Source of the DNA: the human T2T-CHM13v2.0 reference genome, Homo sapiens
Assembly (NCBI RefSeq): GCF_009914755.1
Contig: NC_060936.1
Direction: 5' to 3' (one strand)
Length of the DNA stretch: 64,000 nt
Shown: in pieces, positions 14,911 through 30,026 of the stretch
How positions within the stretch are numbered: the first letter of the stretch is position 1
Layout: every line of letters starts with the position of its first letter
Program-made: the position numbers and the translations under genes
Notes under the pieces: model-generated
Database searches by the model: none
Seen by the model: only the letters and a program-made list of their open reading frames with translations
What the model was told of the DNA's origin: nothing

Positions 14911-15339
14911 AGATTCTAAAGTCTAAAAAGGGGTCAGGGGAGTTAGAAACTACTTGTCTGTTATAATTGTTTCATTTTATGGATTGGGGAACTCAGCCTA
15001 AGGGAGATTACAAGACTTGTCCAAAATCACCACCAACAGCAAGACAGAGCCGCAATTAGAAACTGGATCTTAGATCAGAAGATTTATATGAGTTAATTAA
15101 GTGCTTGAAACAGCACTTGCCACATGGAAATACTCAGAAATGTTAGCTACCATCATCATCATCTTTATCATCGTGCTAATTCCTAATTCAGTTATGGATT
15201 AGAAAAGGGGAAATGGATCAAAAATTCACAATCTTTCTAGCTTAAGAATTCAAAAAGTAATCCTATTTGGTAGATGGAGAGAAACCAAAGCCCAGAAAGG
15301 TTCTCTCCAAGGCTGAGCCACCGCCCCCTACAGCAGGAA

Positions 15340-15464
15340 TGAGAAAGAGGCACCAAGGCTCACAACTTGGTGAGTGAGCATGGGATGCCTTCTAACCCCT
15401 CACACTCCCTTGGTCAGGTGCCTTGTTCAGTGCACAACCTGCACAACTGTCATACAATGGCCCT
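15340..15464 (-). mobile_element. MER91A-like fragment
   Basis: Terminus gtgccttgttcagtgcacaacctgcacaactgt...ggccctg. Confidence 0.6.
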
Positions 15465-15767
15465 GGTTCAGGTCCCCCAGCAAGTTAGTGTCACTGTTAA
15501 ATGAAAATGACCTTATCTCATTGAGTTGCTGTGAATATTCACGAAGACAGCATATGAAAAGTGCTTTAAAAACTCCAAAGCAGAGGATTCCAAGATGAAT
15601 TACTGTGGCCTTCTTGCTCCACATCCTTCCAAACTGAAAAGCAGCCAGAGACTAGAATGAGAAGAGCTTGAAGAATTCTTTGACTTTGCTATTCCATAAT
15701 GTGTGGGCATGGCAGAAAAAATAATAATAATAAACCTTTTCCACCTTATGACAAAAAGTTGTTCTTG

Positions 15768-16070
15768 GGCAGGACGCAGTGGCTCACACCTATAATCCCA
15801 GCACTTTGGGAGGGCAAGGTGGGCGGATTGCTTGAGCCCAGGAGTTTGAAACCAGCCTAGGGAAAATTGCAAAACCCCACGTCAACAACAACAACAAAAA
15901 AATCCATAAAAATTAGCCAGGTGTGGTGGCATGCACCTGCAGTCCCAGCTACTCAGAGGCTGAGGTGGGAGGATGCCTTGAGCCTGAGATGGGGAGGTTG
16001 CAGTGAGTTGAGATCACACCACCACACTCCAGCCTGGGAAACAGTGTGAGACCATCTCAAAAATAAAAAA
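15768..16070 (+). mobile_element. AluJ
   Basis: J-type diagnostics (ggattgcttgagcccaggagttt, ggaggatgccttgagcc). TSD aaaaagtt(g/t)ttctt. Confidence 0.92.
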
Positions 16071-16747
16071 GTTTTTCTTCAGTGTTTTCAAGGGGAAAGA
16101 AAGAAGAGCACTAGGATGTGTAACAATTGTGCTAAGGAAAGAGTTATATTTTATGGGAAAAGTTTGATGAAGAAATGCCTTGGTACAAAGCACATCCTCT
16201 GCTAAAAGCTCACGGGCAATGTTGGTGTTAATGTTTCCGAAGGACACCTGATGCCTTGTTGGAACCTCTAGGAGAGCTGCGTCAGGACCCAGCCCTCCCA
16301 GGGACAGGGCTGCTCTTCACAGAGACAGGCTGTGCCCATCCTGAACTTCCAAAGCCCAGGTCCTGCCCCCAGGTTCATCCATGTGAAATTTCAACTGAGC
16401 CCTCATTCATACTTCTTTCAAATTCAAGGTGCATTTCTCACCTTAGAAATAACCCTGTCAGTTCTGCACCTAGGCATTGCATCTCTTCTTGATGACTTTC
16501 TTTTAACCAAAATTTGTCGCCCTTTCCTCCACCAAGCAAGGAAAGAAAAAGAACATTTATTGAGCACCTACACTGTTTTTTACATACGTAGATGGTTTAA
16601 TCCCCACTCTATGCGTCAGAAATTATTCCCCCAATTTGCAGATCAGGAAAACCATTTTCAAAGAAGCTAAATCCCTTGCCCAAGGTCACACATGCAGTTA
16701 GCTACACATCTGGGTTTCCAACTCGAGTCTATTTTGAGAGCCTCTGA

Positions 16748-17322
<575 letters not shown>

Positions 17323-19709
17323 ATCAATCTTTTATTTAGATGTGTGTCAGAACAATTTTCTCCTTCTAATTTCTCCATGATAGACCTCTTTTGCCTCTGA
17401 GACTGTGTACTGGTGCAGAAACCCTTCCTACCTGAAGTCTTGCCCAGAACCAACTACAGTTTTTGCTGTGCTGACAGTAAAGGGCAGTAGTAAACAGAGG
17501 AGTGTGGGTTAAACACTGACACAAAAGCAGCTCTAAAAGCTGTCAATACCAACACCAGCTAAAACCCATCCTCACGTATCATGATTGAGGGTGAAGATCT
17601 AGGCCTGCCAAGGCTATTTACACGAGAGTTAATGAAAAAAGTCCACCCTCTATCTCCAAACCAATCAGTCCTTCCTCAGACCACGCATCAATAATGAGCA
17701 CTGTTGGCGAACATATGTCCCCATACCTCACCTGTCACATTCTAGGACTTACTTCTGATGCATGGTACCACTCTTTTATCACTGCTATCCACAGTACTGA
17801 CTTTGTGCACACCCTATCCCATGCAATCTTCCCAACCACTCTTTGTAAAAGAAAGTGAAGGTCACAGGTGTTCGACGACTGACTCAGAGCCAAGCAGCTG
17901 TGATAGGTGAATATGGAGACTTACACCAGGTCTTCGGCTACCATTGCCTGCTCTCTTGTTATGTAACTGGTTGTGTCTTGTCTACTTGGCTTCATTGAAA
18001 GTACCTCAAGGACTTATACATCTTTTTATTCCCACACAGGCATTGTACAAGGCCCTGTCCTTTCCAAGCACTTGACAAATGCCTATTGAATGCATGAACA
18101 AATGAATGTGTGACATGAGCATCTTCCACGTGTCAAGTAATGGCAAGTGGAAGAATGCATCAGCTGATGTGCATGAGAGACATTTAGGAAGAAAGCCATT
18201 CAGGGACGGTACCAGTTTCTGTCACCAGGATCCTGGTTACCCGGAAGAATCTAAATGTGAGTAACCTTTGCCTGGACTCGGCCATGAGCTTTCTCTTAGC
18301 ATATTTTAACGTAAGGACTAGAGAATGAGAAGCTCCTTTGATCTTAGATACAGTCTGGGTCTCACTGACTTCTTCTCATTGGAATCTACATGTAGAATTT
18401 CAGCAGAACTTGAGGGTTAAGTCCGTGGTCACACACTTTCTCAACCTTGGCCTGACTCTGGAGGTGTATGGGGGCAGAACAATGCCATAACCTGGAGGAC
18501 AACTCCAAAGTTCGAGGAGAGGAGCCTCTACATTTGACAGGCTCCAAAGAACTCAGCTTCTAGATCTTAGGGAAGGGTCACGAACCCTCCATTTAAACCT
18601 ACCTGAAGTTCTTTCAGAACCTGGGACATATGACAGTGTATGTGCAAATACACAAAGAATAAATATTGAGGGGCAAGAAAATCAATGAGCTTAAAAATAA
18701 TTAAATGTGGAAACTGATATGAGCCTGAGCTTGGAGGAAATTTAAAAGCCACTTTTTAACAGACAAGAAGTTTACAGGGTCCAGTTAGCTGTAGGTGAGG
18801 CACCAGCTTTAACCAAGAGTTGTCAGCATTACAGATGACAAGAAGAAATGATATTTAGCTCAGATAGTGAGGTCATAGGGCGGCAAAAAGCAGTATGCCT
18901 CATTGAGCTCTGCAGAGAAGTAAAGATTCAAGCATTTGTCCTTCACCTCATGTTGATGATACAGAGAAAGAGACAAGGTCATTGGGAGCAAAGGCTGCAA
19001 AAAATCAGAAGAAAGAAGAGTAGTGTCCCCATGTGAACTTGGTCCTTTCAAAGCCTGGCAAGTGGCAGCATGAACTGAGGGGACCAAAAGGCCAATGTGG
19101 GGCTTGTAAACATGGTTCCTGAGACATCCAAAGGCTCTTTCCCAGCAATGCTTTCTTATTATTTCAGGGCAACTGCATCACAAACATATGGATTTGATTC
19201 CACCTCCCCACCCCCATCTTCCTCTCCTTATGCCAGAAAAACACATACAGATTTTTAAATGAAAAGGAAAAAAACAAAAGAACGGCCAGGGACCAAAATG
19301 CATAGTATGGTTTTCAGAGAGCTTGGAACATGCTAGGAAAATCACTGTAGCTGGTCAACAAATCCAAATGGCAGCAGCACCCAGCCCTGTCATGAACGTT
19401 CACAGCCAGAAAAGCGACTGCAAGGAGGTGGGAGCAGACATTTGGTCTGCCCAAGGGGACAAAAAAGAAATAGCCCCCAAATGTCAAACACTGGGATGGG
19501 TAAGGTGACTCATGTGAGGGTGACTCCACCTCTGTCCTCAGACTTTATCAAAGGGATGGTGTCCAGCTGTTCCCCATCTCCTCTGGAAATGGAACAGAAC
19601 GGCTTCTATTAGACAGAAGGGAATGCAATTTAGACATCAAAAGGAATGCCCAGTTGTAATCCACTGTTATAACAAAGCAGATTAATTGCATGTCTACAAG
19701 CCAATCTAT

Positions 19710-19950
19710 TTATTAATATTTATTGAGTGTCTAATAAGACTAGTGTTATGTGTCAGACACTAATCTAAGTAGTTTTCAAATATTATTTCCAATCTTCACA
19801 ATAGCACTACAAGATGAGTATTATTAACCCTATTTTATAGATGAGGACTGAGAAAACAGAGAAGTTAAATGAGTATTATAAAGCTAGGAAATAATGGAAA
19901 ACTAGGATTCAAACTCAAGTGTATCTAATTCCATTTTTTTCTTTATTCAC
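19710..19950 (-). mobile_element. MIR
   Basis: cctattttatagatgaggactgag...agaagttaaatga...aggattcaaactcaag. Confidence 0.7.
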
Positions 19951-20088
19951 TGTAATTTGGCTCAGTGCTAAAGGGGTTCTTTGTACCATCCTGCAGAAAG
20001 TGTCACATTATTTTACATCTGAATGAATAAATAAATGAAAGAATAAATGAACAAGTACAAATGATGGGTCTTGCTGCTGATGTTTATA

Positions 20089-20263
20089 CCATATTTCCTC
20101 AATGCAAATATGCACTTCCCCACATCTAACATATCTGAAATCAAAATGCAATTCCAATAGATGGCATAGCATAATGTAATTGGCAGTGCTCTTTAGTGTT
20201 AGTATTACATGAAATAAATGTATATCTTACAATCAGCAGACTCTTAGAAGCAATGAAATATGG
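20089..20263 (+). mobile_element. MER104-like TcMar-Tc2 MITE
   Basis: TIR ccatatttc...gaaatatgg preceded by TA. Internal taacatatctgaaatc and atcttacaatc motifs. About 175 bp. Confidence 0.75.
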
Positions 20264-21099
20264 TCATCTCAAACCAAGACCAGTTCCACATGAAAGTGTA
20301 ATGAACAATATGGGGCAATGGATGTTAAGTGCCAAATAAGGTATGTGTCATAGGAGATCAAGTGAGAAGAAAAAAATTTTGAGTCCAGAGCAGTCCAAAA
20401 ACAGTAGGATCAATTGTAAATTTAAAGGCTTATAGAATTTTGATGGAGGTGTGGAATGATTATGTGAGGCATCCCTCTCAGAAGAGTGTAAGTTTCTTAA
20501 AGGTATGGATCTTGTCTGATTTATTTTTTGGTTCCCAAGTTCCCAGTTCTGCATTATTCAAGAAACAATGGGAGTCACTCCTTCCTGGAAGTATTGAAAA
20601 GGAAGGAAAGCCCAACCCAGCCAACATTTCTGATTATTACTGCCCAAGGGCAAAAAGAGTTGAATCAAATGACTTCTGGAGAACCCTTCTAGATCCATCC
20701 AGGATTCTATACCTAAAATGTGAAACCTGATTGGTTGCTAATCTGATTAATTGTGAAAATTTAGTGTGCATTCACAGTGTCCAATCAAGAGTACACTCAG
20801 TAAGACTTTTTTCACTCCCTTTTCTTTGGTCAAACTCAAGCTTCTTTCTCCCATTTCTACACTTTTAAATCACTTCTCTCCCAACCTCCACAACACATAC
20901 TAATACTGCCATTTAAACATAAATCAATCTCCCTTCTCCATTCTCAATTTAAATAATCTAAAATGCCTATTTTCTTCAGGAATACGCCATGGTTTTAGAA
21001 ACAGGGACAAAAAGCCTTTAATAAGGACTTCCTCCAAACGCTCTTCTTTCTAAACCCTATCACAATAGATGTAACATCCAAAAAGAATTCCTCCATGCG

Positions 21100-21995
21100 A
21101 AAAGTCATGGGTGAAAATCTGCGGAGGAACAGGAAATTCACATAGTCCCAAGGGCCCTCCTCATAAATTACTTAATAATTACAAAGGAAGACCAGTAGCC
21201 TCACAGTGGAGGAATCTGGCAGAGACTGTCATAATCCAGACCAGAGCTAACATCACCAAAAAAGAGACATAGCAACGGCACGCACCTCCTCTCAGGATGT
21301 TTTGGAAAGGACCAAAGTGACTTATGTAGGTGTCTTGCTAAAAGTGCATCATCTGAATGCAGTCATGAGGAAACATCAGACAAAGCCAAATTGACAGACC
21401 TTCTATAAAATGATCCTTTAGTCCTCAAAAATTTCAATGTCATGAAAGACGAAGAAAGGATTCCAGATTGAAGGAGGCTATATAGAGACATAACAACTAA
21501 ATGTGACATGTGAGCCTAGGTTGATTCTCGGACTAAAAAAAAGTAAATGCTAAAACAGGAAATAATTGGGACAACTGATTTCAAAATGGATTGTAGAATA
21601 GGTAATGGTATTGTATCAATGTTAAACTTCCTGATTTTGAAAATCAGATGTAAGAAAAAGTCTTTGTTTTTAGAAAATACACACATATATTAGATTACTT
21701 CAAGAGTAAAGTGGCATGATGTCTGCCACATACTCTTAATTGGTTCAATAATAACATGTCCATATTATTATTAATATACCTCTATGCATATATTCCTATA
21801 GATTCATATATATTCATATGCATCAGAAGAGTAAATGTGGCAGATGTGAACAACTGATGAATCTGAGTGCTGATAATAGGGAGTTCTTTGCATTATTTTT
21901 GAAATATCATTAATTTTTAATGGCGAAATTTTGCACCAACCTAACACATCTTATAAATCTGAAATTGTTTCAAAATAAAAAGTAAAAAAACAAAT
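21100..21995 (+). mobile_element. L1MC-type 3' UTR fragment
   Basis: tgaggaaacatcagacaaagccaaattga; atggtattgtatcaatgttaaacttcctgattttga; terminus tgaaattgtttcaaaataaaaag. Confidence 0.8.
21908..21944. mobile_element. MADE1 (mariner MITE) half-element within the L1MC tail
   Basis: catta..ttttaatggc...ttttgcaccaacctaa is the MADE1/Hsmar1 TIR end. Confidence 0.65.
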
Positions 21996-23354
21996 AAAAA
22001 CAGTATCTCTTTATTTTTTACAGTAGTCATTTGATCTGCGCCCTGGCCTCCAAACAGCAACGTCTGATTTCTTAGGCTCCAAAAGCCATCACAGAAGAAA
22101 ACAGAGAAACTTCCATTAGCACATCCTAGCTCTTAACACATTCAGTCATTCCTTTGATTTCAGTAGAGACTACAAGCAAACAAAGTGATAGTTGGAAATA
22201 ATTATCTGAGCATGAAACAATTAGTGCAACAACCACAGAGAGAGAGTCACTGGCCGTGTACGTGGCCGCAGGAGGATCCTTCGCTTGTAAACACACCAGC
22301 TGGGAAACTCAGCCAAACCCCCTCTGCCCTCAGGAACTGCGAGTCTTAAATCAAAGTTACAAGGAAGGGCAGGCCGTGGGGCTGTGTATATTTTGAAGGA
22401 GGCCCTGAATACAAGAATAAATCTGTTCCTGGAAACAGCTTTTGGAAGGGAAAAAAGGAAACCTTGATGACTTTGTGAGATATTGGGATGGCTTACAAGG
22501 AGAAGCCAACGGGCGTCCTTCCCTAGACATCTTTAAAAGATAAGAAAGCCATCTAGGAAAATGTTACAATGTGTAAAATTTTCTTTCAACTACTTCATCA
22601 TAGAAAGTGTGAGAGTTTTGTCTTACTGAACTGAAGATATGGCTCAGGTAGCAATCGAGAAGGCTCAAGGCCAGGTGTTCAGACAGCCCAAGCTCAGAGG
22701 TGGCTGCTATGAGCATTGCTGCCCTCATATCACTATCAATGACCAGAACTTGGTTAATTAGCATGCAAAGTGTCAAAAATTGATTTTTATGGGTGAAGAC
22801 AATGGCCTGTTGACTAGCATCATGAATGTTAGAAAAGGGCTCTCATTTGGAGAAATCAGACGCATTCAAATAATATGAACTGGCCAGACATATTCCATAC
22901 ATACTCCTCACTCTTGCTAATTAATATCTATGAGGCCTGTACCCTTTGAACTCAGGGGTGGTGCCCCAGGCTAAGCCACTAAATGGCCCTGTGCCTAGCT
23001 GAGTCTCTGGATTCTGTTTCTCTGATGTTGGTTACAAGATTGACAAAGTTCTATCTCTAGGATTGAGATGTTTGCCTGGAGTAAATCTTTTAGGCAAAGA
23101 GATGATCAGAGAATATAAAAGAACAGTAAATTTGGGCACCCTTAAAAAGGTCATATGAACTACTTCTTTTTCATACTTGCTAATAAATGTTTAGTCAATA
23201 AATATAACTTATTTTAATACTTCTTCAAGGACCACTATTGTCTGTCAAAAAAGAATTGTACATAAATGCAATGGTTTAGGTCAGCTTGCAACAGATGAAA
23301 GAGGTATACGGTCTGCATAAATGCAAGGCAGCAGGCAAGATGACCTGTTGGTTG

Positions 23355-24230
23355 GCCTTTTTGTTAATGATCTGTAATTTAATTCCACTGTGGTCTGAGG
23401 ATATATGCTGTATGATCTCAATTCTTTAAAATCATTGGAACTTGTTTTATAGGCTAGAATATGTTCTGTCTTGGTAAATGGTCCATGTGCATGTGAAAAT
23501 AATGTTTCTGCTGCAGTTTGGGTATAGTATTCTATAAACATCAATTAGGACAAGTTCATTCATAATATTGTTCAAGTCTACTATATTCTTACTGATCATC
23601 TACTTGGTCTATCAAGTACTGAAAAAGATGGTATCACCAATATGTAACTGATTTGTCTATTTCTTCTTTTCGTTTTGTCAACTACTGCTCCATCTATTTT
23701 GAAGCTCTGTTATTAGGTACACACATATTTAGGATTTTTATGTCTTCTTAATGAATTAACCCCTTTGTCAATATAAATATTATCCATATGTCTGATAATA
23801 TTCTTTTCCCAGACCCTACTGTCTGATATTAATATAGCCACTTCAGTTTTCTTTTAATTAGCGTTTATATGGTAGAGCTTTTTTCAACCTTTTTAACATA
23901 TCTGTGCCTGTATATTTAAAGTGTGTTTCTGGTAAACAGCATATAATTGGGTATTGCATTTTTATTAAATCTGGCAATTTCTACCCCTTAATTTTGATGT
24001 TTAGACCATTTATACTTAATGTAATTATCATTATGGATTTAAGTTTCCTACCTATCTCGCTATTTTATTTTGCACTTGTTCAGAGCCACTGTAGAACTAA
24101 CCTTGTTTTTTTCAGGGATTACCTGCCTATTGTCTAACATCTGAAAACAATTATTATATTTTTTAGCCATGTTTCCAGTTGGTTATGGCAGAAAAGGTAG
24201 TCCTGCACCAGTTACTCCATCATGGCCAGA
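23355..24230 (-). mobile_element. Old L1 fragment (ORF2 endonuclease region)
   Basis: Minus-strand translation gives decayed EN motifs (FS.AHG.F.K.EHIL; SDH.GIKL-like). Confidence 0.8.
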
Positions 24231-24544
24231 TGTAGACATAGGAAATCTACATTTTATAGGTTTTTCGGGTGATTCTGGTGTGCTGCTGGAGCTGGGAGCC
24301 ATTGCTTTAACCCAAAGGTCACAAGTTTAAATGGAATTGTGGAAATGTAAGCCACTGGATTGGCTATAAGGCAACAGGGTATGTTGGGAGTTGAAGAGAG
24401 CTAGAGAGCATGGGATCCAATGGAAAATATCCACATTTAATGTTTTTAAAACATCTTTTGAGCCAAATCTTAAAAATGTCTACTAGCAGAAATCTTCCTT
24501 GAGATCACAGAATGCCACATCTGTGTATCTTCCCTACTGCCAAT

Positions 24545-24960
24545 CTACCACTTTAAATGGGGTGCCCAGAACAGAGCACAATCCTCCATGGTAGACTGAC
24601 AGCTCAAAGGTGATGACCCACAGTTACCTATAATCTACATTCAACAAGTTCTTTACTTCAGTGTGAGACAAGTTCATGTTTTGGCAACACACTGAGAGCT
24701 CATGCTCAGGGGTGCTTAACTCACCTAACACTCCCCATCTCTCACACAAATGCCTGCCAAATCAGACCTTTCTGTCCCGCATGCTGCTAACTGACTTTAC
24801 ATTTATCATGATTACATTTTATCTTGTTGGTTTTGGCTCAGGGTTTCATCTTGTCAAGCACACTTCAAATCTTGATTCTCTTATCTCTCAAAGTAACCTT
24901 TACCCAGATGGGCATCAGTTGAAAATCTGGTAGGTATGCCTCCTATTCTCAAGGACCCAG
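24545..24960 (-). mobile_element. L3/CR1 fragment
   Basis: ttaaatggggtgcccagaacagagcacaatcctcca is a typical CR1 RT remnant. Confidence 0.45.
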
Positions 24961-25544
24961 AGCAAGTGACTAGAGCCCATGACACAGCCCTCTTGACTGA
25001 TGAATCAGTCCCACCTTTGTTCTTCATAATCTCTACCCCTAGGGGAACGGGGAACAGAAAGAGATGAAACACAAACAAGCCAACCCAGCTCTTAGGAAGT
25101 ATCATGGCAAATTGCCAGGGTGATGGTGAATGTATAGTCTACATGAGCACTTTGTATAAACATTCCCATGAATACTCCTGCCGCTCATTTCACCAGGTAA
25201 CAGGTAATGTTAAAAATGGAGAAGATGGGGCCACCCTTGAGCAAGGCTGTGAAGTCATCACTTCTGTTTGGCTGTCACTCAGAAGGCCCAGCTCTGGTGC
25301 TAATTAGCTATGTGGTCCTGGGCTACAGAGTTTCCTTTCCTGAGCCTTGCCTTCCTCATCTGAGGTTTCCTTCTCAAGAAGCTATCATTCTTGTCCCACT
25401 CTGGAACCCCTTCTCCCACTAGGGCTCCAGCCTGTGCCCCACTTCCGCAAGGCCCTGCTTTGCACTGGCTACGACCTAATTCTGGGAAAAGTAACTAGGG
25501 GCAACTTTTCCTATCCCTCAAACAACATCCTTAAAGTTTTATCT

Positions 25545-26070
25545 TACCAGTTTTCTACTTAAAATCCTTCTACATCACTTTAGCTGAGTAGCCACAATCT
25601 CACAATCTGACCTTGCCTGCCTTTCCTGCCTTACATCCCACCCTAAACTCATGCACACTCTTCATTCCAGCTACAGTCAGCTACTTGTAACCCCTCAACA
25701 ATTGTGCTTTTTCGACCTTTCATGCCTTAATTCATGCTATTCCCCCCTATCTGGAATGTCCATCCCCCTCTCTATACCCAACTCATAGCAATTCATTATT
25801 CAAAACTCAGCTTAGCCACTGAACCTTCCAGGAGGCCTCCTCTGATGGATTCAGAAGCCCTTCTTGTTTCTGTCCAAGAGCCACTCTACATATTGTGTCT
25901 CAGCATTCATCATGCTGTTGGCTGACTTATCAATCACCTTTTCCAACTTGACTATAAGCTCCTTGAGGGCCAGGATTTTTTGTTAGCACCGTCTGAGCTG
26001 GTTCCTGCCACAGTGTAAGTATTCGTTGAATCGTTGAGTAGACTGAATGATGAGTGAGTTAATGACTGAG
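25545..26070 (+). mobile_element. L2 3' fragment
   Basis: gactataagctccttgagggccagg; tail gttgaatcgttgagtagactgaatga. Confidence 0.7.
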
Positions 26071-27243
26071 CCAGTTATACCACATGGGTGGCTGCTTACT
26101 TCCTGCACTGGAGGGGCCAAGCCAGGCAAACTTAAGTCCCCATCAGAGCATCCTGAGCTCAGGCTTGGCCTCTTGGACTCTGCCTCAAAGCAAAAATCTA
26201 CATGTCAGAGACTTCCCTGATGTGACTCCCTGGGCCTTTCACTGAGTTCTCCACCCTCTTCCTAAACCTCCTCCCTGAGCAGGACAAATTAAATGAAAGA
26301 AGGGCTGGGAAGTCTCCACCAATGCCTTACAACCAAGGAGGAGCCACACTCCCCAGACGTGCTGTTCAAGAGAAGTGCTCTGGTCCCTGGAATCCAAGAA
26401 GTCAGAGAAGCCTCCTGGAAAAACATCAACTGGAAAAATCCATTGCCAACCAGCCCTTCACCAGGCCTCTCCCCTGCCGAGTTTGCTCATTGCTTGAAGT
26501 CTGCAACTCACCAGTTGTTTATGTTCCTAACCCCGAGTTCAGGGGCATCTGCAATTTAATTTGAGCCATGGATAGACAGGGCTGCTCTTTGTTGGAGTTG
26601 CAAGAGCATAAACAACCTTCCAGACTGAACTCTGCATGGCATTCCCCAGCTCCACCCCTACCCTGGACCTATAAATACCATCTATCACTTTCTAAGATCA
26701 CCTCCAGCAGGCCCAGACAGTGGTAACTTGTCCCCAAGGCTGGAAGATGTCACTTGAAGTGAATGGAAAGAGAGTAGCTGGGATGGATTGGTAAAGACAG
26801 GGGATGAGAGGGAAAAGGGGTGAAGACTTAGGATTATTGGAGGAGGGAGAAGGAAAAAGTTCAAGAGGACCAGCGAGAGGCTTAGAGGGAGAAACACGCA
26901 GCTACAAAGCCTGAGGATAAATCTTCAGGGGGATACTGGGGGACAGCAAAGAGGGGTCACAGGGTTGGGCATGTTCCCAGCTCATTCACCACAGGAAGCC
27001 CACTTTGTGTCTCATCCTTCTTCACTGCTCACTGGTCCTGCAAGCCCATGCTGGAGGTTACTATCACTTCTCATAGACAGAGCACCCCATATTAAATTCA
27101 TCACTCACTGTCCACCTGTAGGTGACACATCATTGGTTTATGTCACTGGTTGTGCAGATAAGAGCCCCAGTTACCATGAAGAGCAAATCTTGAAGGCAGT
27201 ATCCAATGGCAACAGGACAAGGGAGCCCTTCCAGTCCTCTTGT

Positions 27244-27278
<35 letters not shown>

Positions 27279-27295
27279 TACAAGCACACAGACAC
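27244..27295. repeat. (CA)n microsatellite
   Basis: About 12 pure AC units followed by degenerate CA. Confidence 0.95.
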
Positions 27296-29029
27296 AGTTC
27301 CCATGCACCACCCCTACGTGACAACTCAAAGCCATTTGGAGCAGCAGTCCCCATGCTGGTCCCCCGGGCCTTCCCAGAGAGTATCCTGGCCTTCATGCCA
27401 GGTCCCCTTGCCATGCAGCTGCCATCTACCCTCCAGGCCAGCAGCCCCTGAGATGCCACGCAGACTTTTCCATTCATCGTCCAGAGCTCCTTAAGTGCCT
27501 CTGATATACACCATGTGTCCCAACAGGAAAACACATACTCATCAACTCTACAAAATGCTCCAGATGTGATCAAAGCCAGAGAGGCGAAAGAAAACAGAGA
27601 TGGGGGTGTTCAGGAAGGGGGAGAGGCTGGGGGTGAGAGAAATCCAGGGACTTGGTTAGGGGACAGGGGGCGGTGCCCCTGGGGTGGTGCTTCCAATGGA
27701 TGAAGTCTACAACTAGGTCCAGACTCTTTGATTCCAATCCCTGGTTCAACTTGACCCCCCTGTGAGATCCTAGGCCCTGCCCCCAGACCAGCTTTAGGAT
27801 TGAGATTCTATCTCTGAAGAACCATAGGAAGTTAGTCCTGGAAGGAATGCTCTAGAGCACCTGGCCTACCCTTCATTTTTAGGTGAGGAAGGTGATGTGT
27901 AAGTAGACCCACCTAGAGTGTCATGCACCACCTCTGACCCCACACATCCTTCTAACTCCCGGGTCAGTACTGTCTGTATTAAACTTCAGTGGGTTACAGT
28001 GGCACACATTAAAGGCCCTTCATTTGAAAGAGGCCTCAGACATGATATCCCTGTCCCCTTGCCTCCTTAGCTCTATTGGAGGATTTTAGTCCCTTACAGA
28101 GTGAGAGGATGAGCCTGGATGGCTTTTAAGACCCCTCCCAGACCTAAAATTCCTAAGCCTTCAAGATCTATGGCAAGCCCCCCTCACTTAAGGAAACAGG
28201 GCTGTTTTGCTCCAAAACCTCCTAGAGTCCCTTTGCCATCACCGCTGCACATCCGATCATATTCTCCGCCTCCCCACCACCTCCCCGGGAGTTGTCTGCA
28301 TGTCTCATCAACACAGTGCTCTTCCCTTAAAGTGGAGCAAAGCAGTTAAGATAACAGGCTCTGGTGTCAAACTGCCTGGGATTTGGGGCAAGTGACTTGT
28401 CTACTCTGTGTCTCATCTTGAAAATGATGGGGACCAGGATTGTGCCAAGTTCATAGAGTCACCATGACAATTCAATTAGATCATGCACACAAAGGGCATG
28501 GTAAACTGGTCCTTGATGAGCGCAGGCTGAGTGATATGTTCACAGCAGTCATTCACATTCCCACTAACACAGCCACCATAGGTGAGCAGGGAGAGATGCT
28601 TCATGTCCACTGGAGCACAACCTGGTGAGACCATAGGTTAGTTATGATGTCAGGGGGATGAGGAGAGGAAGACAAAAGAGGCTCTGGGCTCAGAGTCATG
28701 ATGGCCAGGCTGCCCACAAGTCCTTCAGAAGGACAAAGGGCACATAGGAGGAAACCATCCTGTTAGACACAAAAAGCACAATTCCAGTTCCTTTCCAGTG
28801 CCCCAGCCAGAAGAACCCCTGATCCTTCAACTGATGACAATGGGCCATGCCAGCACCACCCACACACAGGCACTCACATAAGCCAAACCTTTCAATGATG
28901 TACCCTTTCCTTAGGGTACGGTCCAAAATCCCTAACCAGCCCAAAAGCTCCTCCGTGACCTGGCTCCCCACAAGCATCTCCGCTACAGAGCTGAAGCTCC
29001 AGCATCCCAGTGCCTTCCCCCAGCAGTGG

Positions 29030-29260
29030 GGCATACACATGGTGGAGAAGCCAGACTCAGGAGTTCAGATCCTACCTCTCTCACCAACCTTGTGACTTTG
29101 GGCCACTTAATAATGTCTTTGTGCTTCAATTTCCTCTTCTGTATAATGAGGATGATAGTATCGATCTCGACGGGGTGTTGTGAGTTAGCAAATGCCAAGG
29201 GGTAGAACAGTGCCTGCCACACAGCAAACATCTAACTGTTAGCTGTTGTCATTATTTTCC
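29030..29260 (+). mobile_element. MIR
   Basis: tgtgactttgggccactt...gtgcttcaatttcctcttctgtataatgaggatgatagta. Confidence 0.75.
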
Positions 29261-29473
29261 TCATCTTTGCCTGGATCATTTTTGTTTTGACCCATCCAGC
29301 AAATCATACTAGTTTAAATGTCGCTTCCTCAGGGAGATCTCCAATTAGGTTGGATGGCCTTATATCTCCATTCCCATTACACTTCTGTCCTCCTCTCTAG
29401 TCATCTCTGTCACACTTCCGGTTAACTATGCACTGTCTCCCCTGCTAGGTCATAAGCTCTGTGAGGCCAGACC

Positions 29474-30026
29474 CAGCTGGACCATAGGTCCAGACGTGCC
29501 CGAAACAGTCCCACCTTTTACCTGTCGTTGCACTGTGGCAGCCTGGATTTGTCAGTAAATACTAACTCCTATGCTAGCCTTCCCAGCTCCATGGATTTGT
29601 GCTTGGCCACATGACTTGCTTTGGCCAATGGAATGCTAGCAAATGTGATGTCAGCAGGTACCGCAAGAAGTACTTCATGTTTTCCTTCTTTCCTGTGCTC
29701 TGCTGAGTCTCTGTGAGAAGAATGTGTCCCAGAAGCTGTTGAATCTAAGCAAAATGTGCACGCCTGGGGCAAACTAAACACAATCCACAGCCCAGAGCCA
29801 GGACCAACTAACTCTCAGCCTGAAACAGAGCTTTCCCATTCAACCCAAAGACACATGAACACAATACAGAAATGACCTTTGTTATAATCTGCTGACCTTC
29901 GGATGGTTTGTTATGCAACATCAATGTAATAACAGTTAACTAGTACACACAACATCATTATTAATAGCTCTCACTTTCACTAGAAAAAGTGTCCCCAGTA
30001 GGATGATAAATTATCTAACTGCCCAC
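29474..30026. mobile_element. MER94-like hAT-Blackjack MITE (halves ~29474-29533 and ~29950-30026)
   Basis: gaccataggtcc...gcccgaaacagtccc...cctgtcgttg / attattaatagctc..ctttcact...aaaagtgtccc...ggatgataaattat. Confidence 0.6.
29534..29947 (+). mobile_element. MLT1 (I/J-like) MaLR solo LTR
   Basis: TGTGGCAG start; ggccacatgacttgctttggccaatggaatg; gtttgttatgcaacat...aactagtaCA end. Confidence 0.75.

Noticed and set aside
23355-24060. Minus-strand L1 EN piece seems to supply the part missing between the L1 fragments at 1650 and 5120 (ancient inversion?)
   Set aside because: The orientations do not fit a single inversion, and the piece has its own adjacent L1-like sequence. Independent insertions are more parsimonious.
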